A DNA stretch of 64,000 bases from an uncultured Candidatus Saccharibacteria bacterium (GCA_964496425.1 CAZBZO010000002.1:2450-66449); one strand, 5' to 3'. Shown: positions 8,968 to 19,028, counted from the first letter of the stretch. A program made the numbers and translations. Notes: a model not told the origin generated them from the letters alone.

Positions 8968-11010
8968 ATGTATAAAAAATCTCTTTTCTCAAGCGGGTGG
9001 CTCAAAAAATTTCTTGGAGTCTTAGCGATAGCCGCTCTCATGACGCCCTATTCAGTACTCAATTGGCCACAATTGGTGATAGCAATGGATGCAGCACCGA
9101 TTACAGATAGTAGCGAAGCGCTTTTTGAAGAACAATCTCTTCGAAGCTATGAGCTTTCTGATGCAGTTGTGCTTGGAGAGGAGATACAAGATACTATTAT
9201 ATCTACCCAGGAAGAAGTAGATACAGATGACGAGCACAGTACGAGCAGCAATACTCCGTCTCCAAAAAACCATCTTGAAAAAGATGAAGATCTTGATTTA
9301 CAAAGTGCAAACCGCAGCATAAGTTCCATGGTACTTGTTGATTCTTTTGGATCATATTGTGGCGACCAGATTGTCAATCAAGACTGGGAAATGTGTGACG
9401 GCGGCGCAAGCTGCACAGCGCAATGCCAAGGCGTAGATGTTTGTACCGATAAAGCTTTTGCTCGCGTGGTAGTAGATAGCATACAGACCCGACCAGAAGG
9501 CGACCTTTCAAGCGATGTGTATGTTGGTGGGAACAGCGGTGCAGATATTGTGCCAGCTGGTACTTGGTTTCTTATTCATGAGAATGGTGCACCTATCGTC
9601 GACGACAATATGTATACATCTGATACCACTGGATACGCATTTTCTGCTGGTATTGTTGTTGAACGCGGCACCAATCAGATTCGACTTGAAGTCTCTGGTA
9701 CCAATGATGAATCAGTAGCTGGCGAACACGTAGAAGGTGCACTCGAATTTTTTAATACAAGCGCGACTTCCCAAAGCAACGACTCTACTGGTTTTATAGG
9801 TAATGCCGTAGAAAATCCAACCGACGGCAACATGGCCATAAATGCAGATAGTGATGAGTATTGGCTCTCGGGCGGCGCATCTCACTTCTGGCTTACTGTC
9901 ACGACTGCAAACGATGGATTTTTTACTTCTTATGATGCACCAGCAACCTGTCCAACTGAAGACCCAACTCGTTATCGCGAGTATTGCGGAGATGGAGTAG
10001 TAAATCAAGACTGGGAAATGTGTGACGGCGGCGCAAGCTGCACAGCGCAATGTCAAACTGCAGATCAGTGTACCGACAAAGCATTTGCACAGGTTGTATT
10101 CGATACAGTCGAAAATACAGGCACTGGCGATATGACCAATGACGTCTATCTTGGAAGTACCGACAATGTTATTCCAAACGGTACATGGTTTTTGATCGGA
10201 GATTCAGATGCTTCTATTGTAGATCCTGATATTGCCCTTTATCGAGATGTGAAAGGTTTGGCTGTTGAACGTACAGATGGGTCAGTGCGCGTCAATCAAT
10301 ATGCGTTTCATCCAAGCGATGGTCATGAGCATACGATAGGGCACATCAATTTCTTCGGGGGTGCGCTTTCAAGCATTGTCTCCGATATTTCAGATGACAA
10401 AATGGAACTTACTGACGCTGATCCGCATCCAGAAAAAGATAGCATGGCGGTGAATGGGACAGCGGTAGACTTTGAAATGCACACTACGCCAAAAGCCGAT
10501 GGATTTTACGCATACTATAATGCTCCACAAATGTGTGATGGTGGTCAAGGTGGTGGTGGCGACACAGACACTGATGGCGATGGTGTAAACGATGATACTG
10601 ACAACTGTGTCAATGATGCCAACGAAGACCAAGCCGATGAAGATGGAAATGGCGTAGGAGATGCGTGTCAACTTCCTGGTGGCGGAGGAGGCGATACTGC
10701 AGGAGATAACACTTCTGGCACAGGCGGACATTCTCATAATAACGGAGACGACGATGATGATAACGGAAGCAGTGGAAGTAATGGTGGCAATAATAATTCT
10801 AACGACGATGATACAACCGACTCGAGTACTCCTGGCACCGTGCTTGCGGCCCTGACTGGTCCCAATGCAGGCGGGGAAGTGTTGGGGACGTCATCTAGCA
10901 CAGGCGAAGTACTCGCCGAGACCGGAGTGGATTTCTCACCATTTACTTTCTTTGCACTTGGAATGCTCGCCGTGCTCTATATTGTACGACCACGAAAAAT
11001 AATTTCTTAA
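8968..11010 (+). CDS. Secreted surface protein with two Cys-rich modules, thrombospondin-3-like Ca-binding repeat and sortase-type sorting signal
   Basis: Signal peptide; 2x YCGD..VNQDWEMCDGGASCTAQCQ; DTDGDGVNDDTDNC..NEDQADEDGNGVGDAC; LAETG + hydrophobic helix + RPRK tail. Confidence 0.85.
   Translation: MYKKSLFSSGWLKKFLGVLAIAALMTPYSVLNWPQLVIAMDAAPITDSSEALFEEQSLRSYELSDAVVLGEEIQDTIISTQEEVDTDDEHSTSSNTPSPKNHLEKDEDLDLQSANRSISSMVLVDSFGSYCGDQIVNQDWEMCDGGASCTAQCQGVDVCTDKAFARVVVDSIQTRPEGDLSSDVYVGGNSGADIVPAGTWFLIHENGAPIVDDNMYTSDTTGYAFSAGIVVERGTNQIRLEVSGTNDESVAGEHVEGALEFFNTSATSQSNDSTGFIGNAVENPTDGNMAINADSDEYWLSGGASHFWLTVTTANDGFFTSYDAPATCPTEDPTRYREYCGDGVVNQDWEMCDGGASCTAQCQTADQCTDKAFAQVVFDTVENTGTGDMTNDVYLGSTDNVIPNGTWFLIGDSDASIVDPDIALYRDVKGLAVERTDGSVRVNQYAFHPSDGHEHTIGHINFFGGALSSIVSDISDDKMELTDADPHPEKDSMAVNGTAVDFEMHTTPKADGFYAYYNAPQMCDGGQGGGGDTDTDGDGVNDDTDNCVNDANEDQADEDGNGVGDACQLPGGGGGDTAGDNTSGTGGHSHNNGDDDDDNGSSGSNGGNNNSNDDDTTDSSTPGTVLAALTGPNAGGEVLGTSSSTGEVLAETGVDFSPFTFFALGMLAVLYIVRPRKIIS
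9376..10052 (+). repeat. Identical 50-bp intragenic direct repeats (9376-9425 and 10003-10052)
   Basis: AATCAAGACTGGGAAATGTGTGACGGCGGCGCAAGCTGCACAGCGCAATG occurs twice, 627 bp apart. Confidence 0.9.
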
Positions 11011-11016
11011 TATAAT

Positions 11017-11050
11017 CAAAAATAGCCCCGCTGTGGCGGGGCTATTTTTG
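11017..11050 (+). terminator. Intrinsic terminator
   Basis: CAAAAATAGCCCCGC-TGTG-GCGGGGCTATTTTTG. Confidence 0.8.
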
Positions 11051-11068
11051 TACTATACTATATATCGT

Positions 11069-11695
11069 ATGACAGATCAGGATAAGAAAAAATATATTCG
11101 ACTTCGCAAAATTAATGTCTATCTTGCACGAGTGGTTTTGGTCATCTGCATCTATTTTATAAGTTTTCCATACTTACCTGAGCTTTCATATGCGGCAACA
11201 CATGTGTTTGCAAGCGTCGAGCGCTATAGTGTCAGTATTGATTCGGGTATCCCGTCTCGTCTCACTGACGCCATTGCTACAAAAAGTCGAGTACTCTATA
11301 TTCCTGCGATTGATGTACGGGAGGACATTATTGAAGCGAATGATATTGGCGAAGTCCATGAAAAAATATGGCGCCGGCCGAAAAGCGCCACGCCTGCTAC
11401 GGGCAGCAATACAGTTTTGGCTGCTCATCGGTATGCAACAATTGGAGGAATACATGGGAGCACATTTTATAATTTGCCAAAACTTGGCGAGGGTGACGTA
11501 GTATACGTGGCATGGGACGGAGATCTCTATATATACATCGTTGAAAAAACGAAAGTGGTGACACCGGATCATATAGAAATCGAAGGTCCGTCTGAAACGC
11601 CAATGATTACACTCTATACCTGTACACCACTGTGGAGCGCTAAGGAGCGTTTTGTAGTAGAGGCACATCTCATAAATACAATTGTATGGCAGTAA
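11069..11695 (+). CDS. Sortase (class D/E-like)
   Basis: N-terminal TM; AAHR (His), TLYTC (Cys) and downstream Arg (ERFVV) form the catalytic triad. Confidence 0.9.
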   Translation: MTDQDKKKYIRLRKINVYLARVVLVICIYFISFPYLPELSYAATHVFASVERYSVSIDSGIPSRLTDAIATKSRVLYIPAIDVREDIIEANDIGEVHEKIWRRPKSATPATGSNTVLAAHRYATIGGIHGSTFYNLPKLGEGDVVYVAWDGDLYIYIVEKTKVVTPDHIEIEGPSETPMITLYTCTPLWSAKERFVVEAHLINTIVWQ

Positions 11696-12105
11696 AAAAA
11701 AACGTAGATACAATTTCAGCTCCTAAAAAACGCGCGCCAGCAAAGCGTAAAGCTGTTGCCGACACCGCACTAGCAAAGACCAAAAAGAAAGCTCCTTTGC
11801 AGAAGCGGACACCGAGAAAAAAAATTATTTCTGTACCGGAAATTATTCCTGAGGCTATTGCCGCCCCGGTTCCAGTATGTATCCCTCCACCTGCATTAGA
11901 TTTCTCTCAAGTCACTACAACTCCTCCTGTGGCAGCTTCGGTGCCTAAAAGTGAGACGAATTTTAGTATTCTTATTAAGCAAGAATATGTCCGTATGGGT
12001 GTTTTGGCAGTAATTCTTCTTTGTTCGGTTGCCTTTTATCTTCATATGAATCATAATTATAAGGTAAATTTTGTTGATACTGCAGAAGATGCATCGAGTC
12101 TCTAG
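11686..12105 (+). CDS. Hypothetical protein with Lys/Ala/Pro-rich N-terminus and C-terminal TM helix
   Basis: APKKRAPAKRK..KKKAP..RKK; hydrophobic GVLAVILLCSVAFYL; overlaps the sortase 3' end. Confidence 0.65.
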   Translation: MAVKKNVDTISAPKKRAPAKRKAVADTALAKTKKKAPLQKRTPRKKIISVPEIIPEAIAAPVPVCIPPPALDFSQVTTTPPVAASVPKSETNFSILIKQEYVRMGVLAVILLCSVAFYLHMNHNYKVNFVDTAEDASSL

Positions 12106-12138
12106 ACTTTTTTGAAAATTTGTGATATAATGCGAGTA

Positions 12139-13137
12139 ATGAATTTTATGCGAATCGTAAAAGACTATTTTATACCGCACGAAAATAATAATTTTAAGCC
12201 GCATTTTTTCCGCGAAGAAGCGATCATTTTTGTCATGCTTGTTCTTGTTGTGCTCTTTGCATCATCCGTCGGAAGTACTACTATTTTGCGGACCAATACA
12301 CTCTTGGGCGACGTCTATGCATCGGTGCTTGTCGATCTCACGAATGAAGATCGCGTAGCAAACCAAGAAGCGCCCCTTATTTTAAATTCCATCCTTGCCT
12401 CTGCTGCAGAGCTTAAGGCAACCGACATGGTCTCGAAAGGATATTTTGCTCATACCAGTCCGGAAGGTATTACACCCTGGCATTGGTTTGCGCAGGCTGG
12501 ATATTCATTTATATACGCCGGAGAAAATCTGGCGGTTGGATTTGATGAATCAGACGCTGTGAATCAAGGATGGCTCGATTCGCCAGGACATAAAGCGAAT
12601 ATCCTCAGTGAAAAATTTACTGAAATCGGCATTGCAGCTGTGCCTGGAATATATAAAGGAAAACCAACGACTTATGTCGTACAACTTTTTGGCAAACCAA
12701 AAGTCGCTCCCGCCACTGTTGTGGCGCCTCCTGTTGTAGCGCCGATCATACCTACTGCGCTTGTCGTACCTACAGAAACAAAAGTTTTGGGTGCAGAAGT
12801 TGAGAATGTCCCTGCGGTGGTGATTGTTGCTGAAGAGGAAAATATGATCGTAGCGCAAAGTTTTGAAACTCCAGATCCTGTGCCAGCGCCCGAGCGAGTC
12901 GTGCCACACTATAGCACCTGGTATGAACGCCTATTAGTCAGCCAGCCCTACCGAGTACAAACGACGTTTACACTTGTCTCTATAGTCGTCATAGTGGCGC
13001 TGATCCTTTATATTTTTATTGAAATTAGAATTCAGCATAAGAAAAACCTGATCTATGGCTTCGGCTTACTCGCGTTTGTCGTACTTCTCATGATAGTGAA
13101 TCATTCACTGATCGTGATTCCAACTATTGTCAGCTAA
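12139..13137 (+). CDS. CAP/SCP domain membrane protein
   Basis: YFAHTSP, AGENLA, WLDSPGHKANI, VQLFG; TM helices at both ends; TATAAT 7 nt before the ATG. Confidence 0.88.
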   Translation: MNFMRIVKDYFIPHENNNFKPHFFREEAIIFVMLVLVVLFASSVGSTTILRTNTLLGDVYASVLVDLTNEDRVANQEAPLILNSILASAAELKATDMVSKGYFAHTSPEGITPWHWFAQAGYSFIYAGENLAVGFDESDAVNQGWLDSPGHKANILSEKFTEIGIAAVPGIYKGKPTTYVVQLFGKPKVAPATVVAPPVVAPIIPTALVVPTETKVLGAEVENVPAVVIVAEEENMIVAQSFETPDPVPAPERVVPHYSTWYERLLVSQPYRVQTTFTLVSIVVIVALILYIFIEIRIQHKKNLIYGFGLLAFVVLLMIVNHSLIVIPTIVS

Positions 13138-13206
13138 AATAATTGCTGATTATAAAGAGCAGCGCTTTCCAAACAGCGTGTATTTCTGTATACTCTCCAT
13201 ATATTT

Positions 13207-14247
13207 ATGAGCGAATCCACTGCCCTCTATCGAAAATACCGATCAAAAAACTTTGACGAAGTGATCGGGCAATCGCATGTCATAGACGTCCTTCGTGCAG
13301 CTTTCCAAAAAGGAAAAGTATTTCATGCCTACCTACTCTCAGGTGGCCGCGGCATCGGTAAAACATCGGTCGCGCGCATTATCGCAAGCGAGCTTGGCAC
13401 GCAGCCGTCTGACATCTACGAGATTGATGCAGCATCAAATCGCGGCATAGATGATATTCGCGAACTTCGTGAAGGAGTGCGCACGCTGCCATTTGATTCA
13501 AAGTACAAAGTCTACATCATCGATGAAGTCCACATGCTTACCAAAGAAGCCTTCAATGCGCTTTTAAAAACTCTGGAAGAGCCTCCTGCGCATGTCGTGT
13601 TCATCTTAGCGACGACCGAGCTTGATCGAGTCCCTGACACTATCATTTCACGCTGTCAGACATTTGTCTTCAAAAAGCCAACTGAAACTATTTTGCGCGA
13701 CTTCATCATGGAGACTGCCAAGAAAGAAGGAGTGATTCTTGATGCGGGCGGAGCGGCACTGATCGCTCTTTTGGCTGATGGATCATTTCGCGATGCGCTC
13801 GGCACGCTTGAAAAAGTGGCAAGTTTTGCTGGCACAAAAAAAATCAGTCAAAGCGAAATCGAACGCATCACCGGCGCACCGGAGAGCGCTCATGTCGACG
13901 AATTTATTTTGGCAATTGCTGAAAAAGATATCGAACGAGGATTTGCTGCGGTGAGAGCTGCGAGTAGCGCCAACATCGACATGGAAATCTACGCCAAGCT
14001 TATTCTCATGAAGTTTCGCCTACTTTTGGTTTTCCGCTATGCTCCGGGGACTGCCAAGGAGGTCAAAGCCGAGCTTTCCGAAGGCGATCGTGCATTCTTT
14101 GAACATATACTGAAAGAAAAAACCAATACTATCACTTCAGCTACCCTTGTCGTACTCCTTGAGGCCTACCAGGGCATTCGCCGAGCATTTATCAAGGAAT
14201 TGCCGCTTGAGCTTGCGCTTATTGAAATATTAGGGCAAGATAAATAG
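13207..14247 (+). CDS. dnaX: DNA polymerase III gamma/tau subunit (short form)
   Basis: LYRKYR, GGRGIGKT, EIDAASNRG, IIDEVHML, LLKTLEEPP, SRC. Confidence 0.95.
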   Translation: MSESTALYRKYRSKNFDEVIGQSHVIDVLRAAFQKGKVFHAYLLSGGRGIGKTSVARIIASELGTQPSDIYEIDAASNRGIDDIRELREGVRTLPFDSKYKVYIIDEVHMLTKEAFNALLKTLEEPPAHVVFILATTELDRVPDTIISRCQTFVFKKPTETILRDFIMETAKKEGVILDAGGAALIALLADGSFRDALGTLEKVASFAGTKKISQSEIERITGAPESAHVDEFILAIAEKDIERGFAAVRAASSANIDMEIYAKLILMKFRLLLVFRYAPGTAKEVKAELSEGDRAFFEHILKEKTNTITSATLVVLLEAYQGIRRAFIKELPLELALIEILGQDK

Positions 14248-14285
14248 GTTTTTGAGGTATCGCGTCTGCTTTGTAGGTAAATAAT

Positions 14286-14356
14286 TGGGGTATCGTCTAA
14301 TGGTAGGACAGAGGCCTTTGAAGCCTTTAATCGAGGTTCGAATCCTTGTACCCCAG
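14286..14356 (+). tRNA. tRNA-Gln(TTG)
   Basis: TGGGGTA/TACCCCA acceptor stem, loop CTTTGAA, GGTTCGAATCC T-arm; no CCA encoded. Confidence 0.95.
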
Positions 14357-14421
14357 CACTTCTATCAAAGTTTAATATAATGCAAAATATTGTTAAGGGA
14401 GAAAATACATCCAAGATCGGA

Positions 14422-14916
14422 ATGACATCAAGAGATGTTGTTGATCTTTATAATAAACTAGAAAATTTGGGGATTAAAATCTGGGTAGATGGTGGTTGGG
14501 GTGTGGATGCCTTACTGGGCAAACAAACTCGTGAGCATAAAGATCTTGATATCGCTATTCAATATAAAGATCTCCAAAAATTCCGAGAATATTTAGAATC
14601 CCAAGGATACAGTGAAGTGGAACGACAAGAAGATAAGAAGTGGAACTTTGTTTTAGGAGATAAGGATGGACACGAAGTAGATGTACACGCTTTTACTTTT
14701 GATGAAAATGGACTAGTGATTGAAGGTATTGAATACCCCGAAGGTTCTCTTTCTGGTATCGGTAGTATAAATGAGTGTAAGGTGAGATGTATTGATCCAA
14801 AACATTTAGTCATGTTCCATACTACATATGAACCAAGAGAATATGATTACCAAGATGTGCATGCTCTGTGCGAGAAATTTAATATAGAATTGCCAGAGGT
14901 ATTTCGCACTAAATAA
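14422..14916 (+). CDS. Lincosamide/aminoglycoside nucleotidyltransferase-like protein (Lnu/ANT(2'') family)
   Basis: WVDGGWGVDALLGKQTREHKDLDI and VDVH motifs; alternative start at 14380. Confidence 0.8.
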   Translation: MTSRDVVDLYNKLENLGIKIWVDGGWGVDALLGKQTREHKDLDIAIQYKDLQKFREYLESQGYSEVERQEDKKWNFVLGDKDGHEVDVHAFTFDENGLVIEGIEYPEGSLSGIGSINECKVRCIDPKHLVMFHTTYEPREYDYQDVHALCEKFNIELPEVFRTK

Positions 14917-14932
14917 TAGGTCAAACTTTAAT

Positions 14933-15613
14933 ATGAATCAAGCACCTAAAATTACCGATCTTACCCATACGATTTCCTCCGATATTCCTACCTTCGACGG
15001 AAGCTGTGGTTTTACGATGTCGCTCGCTGTTGATTACAAAGATTGCAAGGAACCCAATTTGTTTCGTCTGCAAAAAATAGAAACCAAGACTGGCATTGGT
15101 ACGCATATGGATGCGCCGGTGCATTGTTTTCCTGGTGCAAAAACTATTGATATGATCGATCTCAATGATCTGGTGACTGATTGCGTCATGATAGATGTAA
15201 GTGAGGTGGCAGATGAAAACTACGTCATTATGCCATCTGTTGTAGAAGAATTTGAAAATAAACACGGAAAGATCGCACCAAATACGTTTGTTATTTTCTA
15301 TACAGGCTGGGATCAGTTTTGGACTACTCCAGAAAAATATAGGAATGGGAATATATCGCCGAGCGTCGATGCGAGCACTGCCGAAATGCTCACATCGCGA
15401 GATATTGCCGGTCTTGGTATTGATACGCTTTCTGCCGACAAAGGGAAAGATGATTTTCCTGTGCATCGAATCGTTCTTGGAGCAGGGAAGTATCTCGTAG
15501 AAAATATCGCCAACGCCAAAGCTTTACCACCAACTGGTGCCAAAATCTTTGTGTTGCCGATGAAAATAAAAGATGGCACAGAAGCACCGATTCGGTTGGT
15601 TGCACAAATCTAA
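14933..15613 (+). CDS. Cyclase family protein (kynurenine formamidase-like)
   Basis: DLTH, GTHMDAPVH, GIDTLSAD, VENIAN, APIRLVA. Confidence 0.88.
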   Translation: MNQAPKITDLTHTISSDIPTFDGSCGFTMSLAVDYKDCKEPNLFRLQKIETKTGIGTHMDAPVHCFPGAKTIDMIDLNDLVTDCVMIDVSEVADENYVIMPSVVEEFENKHGKIAPNTFVIFYTGWDQFWTTPEKYRNGNISPSVDASTAEMLTSRDIAGLGIDTLSADKGKDDFPVHRIVLGAGKYLVENIANAKALPPTGAKIFVLPMKIKDGTEAPIRLVAQI

Positions 15614-15626
15614 GTATTTAAGAACT

Positions 15627-16115
15627 ATGAAAATCACATTTATACAAACTGGCGGGACAATTGATAAGGATTATCCAAAAACGAAACTTGGGTATGCGTT
15701 TGAGATTACCGCTCCGGCCGCTCATCGTATTTTGGAAAATGCTAATCCTTCATTTAAGCCGGAAGTTATTACAGCCTTCCGCAAAGACAGCACTGAAATC
15801 ACTCTCGTCGACCGCCGCAAACTTTTAAAAATCTGCAAAGATACTAAGAATAATAAAATTATTATCACTCACGGCACCGATACCATGCTTCTGTCTGCCA
15901 AAGTACTCTCTGTAATAAAAGATAAAACGATCATTCTTACAGGAGCTATGCGGCCGGAAAAGTTTTCCAATTCCGATGCACCGTTTAATCTTGGCATGGC
16001 AGTAGGAGGAGTGAAAGTCCTTCCGTATGGAGTTTATATCGCTATGCATGGACAAATCATTCCCTGGGACCTTTGTTGGCGCAATGCTAGTGGGCAGTTT
16101 GTATCAAAAGTTTAA
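15627..16115 (+). CDS. Asparaginase N-terminal-domain protein (single domain)
   Basis: TGGTIDK, ITHGTDTM, LTGAMRP, SDAPFNLG. Confidence 0.85.
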   Translation: MKITFIQTGGTIDKDYPKTKLGYAFEITAPAAHRILENANPSFKPEVITAFRKDSTEITLVDRRKLLKICKDTKNNKIIITHGTDTMLLSAKVLSVIKDKTIILTGAMRPEKFSNSDAPFNLGMAVGGVKVLPYGVYIAMHGQIIPWDLCWRNASGQFVSKV

Positions 16116-16167
16116 ATATAAACAGCTCTGCGTTGCGTTGGTGCCATAAATGTACTACCATTTTGGC

Positions 16168-17685
16168 ATGATTACACAACAACTAATCGACTCTATTAAA
16201 AATGAGCAGGTCAAAGGCAATTCTGCTGAATTCATTCGTGCCACGCTTGCCAAGCAAGGTTACAGCGATGAGGATATCACTCTCGCCTTTGCGAGTCTGT
16301 CTGATGTCCAAACTGGTACAAACCACGCATCGTATACAGTAAGTCCAGCACGGAGCGTAAAATTTTTAATTATTGCTATCATTATTTTAGGAGTTGCTGG
16401 AGCAGCAAGCGCATACGCATACTACAGCGGGTACTTTGTCTCGCCCGACGTAGTCACAACTGAGGCATTTCAAGCTGCTCGGGAAGCGACCAGTGGCGCG
16501 TTTGACACGACTATCACTATCGATACTTCGGGCCTCAAAAATAGTAAGCCTTCAACCATGCAATTTTTACCGATCGGGGCTTCGAAAAAATTTAGTATCA
16601 CTACTAAAGGGACGTACGATATGAGTGATTCTTTAAATAGTAAATTTGATGTGGCACTTTCGTTTGATCTTGGCACGCTTTCTGCCGCTGCCAATGTTCG
16701 TAGTGTCGACGGAATGTTCTATGCAACTTTAACGAAAGTGCCCACGGTGTCTTTGGTCCCGATGCCAATATTTTCAAATTATCAAAATAAATGGATTTCT
16801 TTTGTAAGCAAAGGCGAGAATAGTATCCTCGAGCGCTTGCCCCTCATGACGACAACAGGCATCAACCCAAACACTTTTTCTCGTCTTACGGAAGAGCAGA
16901 AAGATCACATATATGATTTGACGACTGATGCACACTTTGTCACGGTTACTCAAAAACTGCCAAGCGAGACTGTTGGTGGTGCATCATCCTATCATTATAT
17001 GTTTGATCTTGATCGTGCTGGCGTGGCTGCTTACTTTGAGAAACTAAAAGAATATGTGCAAACCATAGGCAAGGATGACTCGGTGCTGTCTTCTTTTGAC
17101 CCGACTCTCTATAACCAAAGTCTCGAATCAATACAAAATTTCATCGGCGAAGCCTGGATCGGCAAAAGCGATAAGTTGCCGCATAAGGTCGTGCTTAGTT
17201 TTGATATTTTGCGTAAGGGGCATGAAGATGAGGGCGCTGTAAAAATAGGTATGGTCAGTATTTTTAGTGACTGGAATACTCCACAGAGTGTTCCAGTGCC
17301 TGCAGGAAGTATGACACTTGAAAATTTTATGGCTGAAATGACTGGCGCATCGCTTGACCAGGCTCGACAAAAAGCTGCCGATGCGGAAATAAAATCAGTT
17401 CTTGCAAGTATGCGTGCCGAAGCAGAATTATTTAACATGAGCAACGGCGATTCATATGTAAATTTCTGCTTAGCTCCTAAGACTGGAAGTATGAAAGTGC
17501 AGATAGAGGAAAAAAATCCTGATGCAACTTTCTTCTGTAAAGATGCAGTTAGTTCGTTTGCCGTATCTGCAAAACTTATTGGAGAAGGGTACCACTGTGT
17601 TGATTCAACAGGTTTTTCTGGTAGTTCCACCGTGCCTGCCACTTCGACTGCGTGCCCGATTGATCATGCTAATTTGCCGGATTAA
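16168..17685 (+). CDS. Membrane-anchored hypothetical protein with pilin-like C-terminal region
   Basis: Short cytoplasmic N-domain, TM, beta-rich LppX/LolA-like middle, then ARQKAADAEIKSVL...C...C..CVDSTG. Confidence 0.65.
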   Translation: MITQQLIDSIKNEQVKGNSAEFIRATLAKQGYSDEDITLAFASLSDVQTGTNHASYTVSPARSVKFLIIAIIILGVAGAASAYAYYSGYFVSPDVVTTEAFQAAREATSGAFDTTITIDTSGLKNSKPSTMQFLPIGASKKFSITTKGTYDMSDSLNSKFDVALSFDLGTLSAAANVRSVDGMFYATLTKVPTVSLVPMPIFSNYQNKWISFVSKGENSILERLPLMTTTGINPNTFSRLTEEQKDHIYDLTTDAHFVTVTQKLPSETVGGASSYHYMFDLDRAGVAAYFEKLKEYVQTIGKDDSVLSSFDPTLYNQSLESIQNFIGEAWIGKSDKLPHKVVLSFDILRKGHEDEGAVKIGMVSIFSDWNTPQSVPVPAGSMTLENFMAEMTGASLDQARQKAADAEIKSVLASMRAEAELFNMSNGDSYVNFCLAPKTGSMKVQIEEKNPDATFFCKDAVSSFAVSAKLIGEGYHCVDSTGFSGSSTVPATSTACPIDHANLPD

Positions 17686-17760
17686 TTTTTAGTGTATTAA
17701 TTGCATGAAATGTACCTGGGATAATGTTCTATAAAAATAATAATTTATTTAAAAAAGTAT

Positions 17761-18984
17761 ATGGGTAGAAGTCTCGTGGGCGGCGATCCATTTTGGCTCG
17801 CTAAAAATGGCATCCCAGTTTCTTTTCCTCTACTTGAAACTTCGCTCGAAGTCGATGTACTCATTTTAGGCGGAGGTATCTCTGGTGCCCTTATTGCCCA
17901 CGCGTTTGCTAAAGCTGGTGTAAAAGTCGCGGTGGTAGACAAACGTGCTATTGCACATGGAAGTACGGTAGCTTCGACAGCACTACTTCAGTACGAAATA
18001 GACGTACCACTTTCAAAATTAAAAAAACAAATTGGTAAAGAAAAAGCCGTACGAGCGTACATGCTGTGCAAAGACGCGATTTCTAAAGTTGAAACAGTGA
18101 CCAAGGCATATGGTGAACGCTGTCTGTTTTCGTACCGACCAAGTGTGTATTTTGCTGGTTCGGAAAAAGATATTCCGTATCTAGAAGAAGAGTACCGGGC
18201 TCGCGCAGAAGCAGGTTTCGTCGTATCTTTTCTCAATGCCGCTACACTTTATGATGAGTATGGTATCAAAGCAGAGGGCGCGATTCGATCGGAAGAGGGA
18301 GGAGAAGTCGATCCTTATATGCTTACCTATACCATACTCGGCGAGCTACAGGAGCAGGGGCATTTTATATTTGAAAATACTAAAATTGATGTTGATACCA
18401 TTGAAACAAAAAATGGAATTGTCGCCAAAAGTACTACGGGACACACAATCAAAGCAAGGAAACTTATTTTTGCGACTGGTTATGAATCGCAAGGATATTT
18501 GAAAGAAAAAATCGTTGATCTTCAAAGTTCATTTGCTCTAGTCACTGATGTTGTTCCTCATACAGATGGTCATATTTGGAAAGATAATGCTTTGTTGTGG
18601 AATACAAATGACCCCTATCTCTATGCTCGAACCACCAAAGATAATCGTATCTTGGTTGGCGGCAGGGATATACGCACCAAGCATATGATTATCCGTGATT
18701 TGCAGATCAGGCATAAAGCCAAAAAGATTTTAAAAGATTTTCAAATGTATATGCCTCACACTGACCTTCATATTGCCCATGCCTGGAGCGGTACCTTTGG
18801 GGAAACCAAAGACGGCTTGGCATATATTGGAGAGTCGCCAGAGTGGCCGGAATGTTATTTTGCGCTTGGATTTGGAGGAAATGGGATTACGTACAGCGCA
18901 CTTGCAGGTGATTTACTCGTGCGACTCTGGCAGGGTGAAACACCCGACGACCTTTCACTCTTTCGCTTCGGAAGGAATATATAA
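17761..18984 (+). CDS. FAD-dependent oxidoreductase (DAO/PuuB-like)
   Basis: DVLILGGGISG Rossmann motif, GSTVASTALL, ATGY, GFGGNGIT. Confidence 0.88.
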   Translation: MGRSLVGGDPFWLAKNGIPVSFPLLETSLEVDVLILGGGISGALIAHAFAKAGVKVAVVDKRAIAHGSTVASTALLQYEIDVPLSKLKKQIGKEKAVRAYMLCKDAISKVETVTKAYGERCLFSYRPSVYFAGSEKDIPYLEEEYRARAEAGFVVSFLNAATLYDEYGIKAEGAIRSEEGGEVDPYMLTYTILGELQEQGHFIFENTKIDVDTIETKNGIVAKSTTGHTIKARKLIFATGYESQGYLKEKIVDLQSSFALVTDVVPHTDGHIWKDNALLWNTNDPYLYARTTKDNRILVGGRDIRTKHMIIRDLQIRHKAKKILKDFQMYMPHTDLHIAHAWSGTFGETKDGLAYIGESPEWPECYFALGFGGNGITYSALAGDLLVRLWQGETPDDLSLFRFGRNI

Positions 18985-19028
18985 ACGTAACATACTTTTT
19001 CGTGGCTGTATGTTACACTACGGTATCT

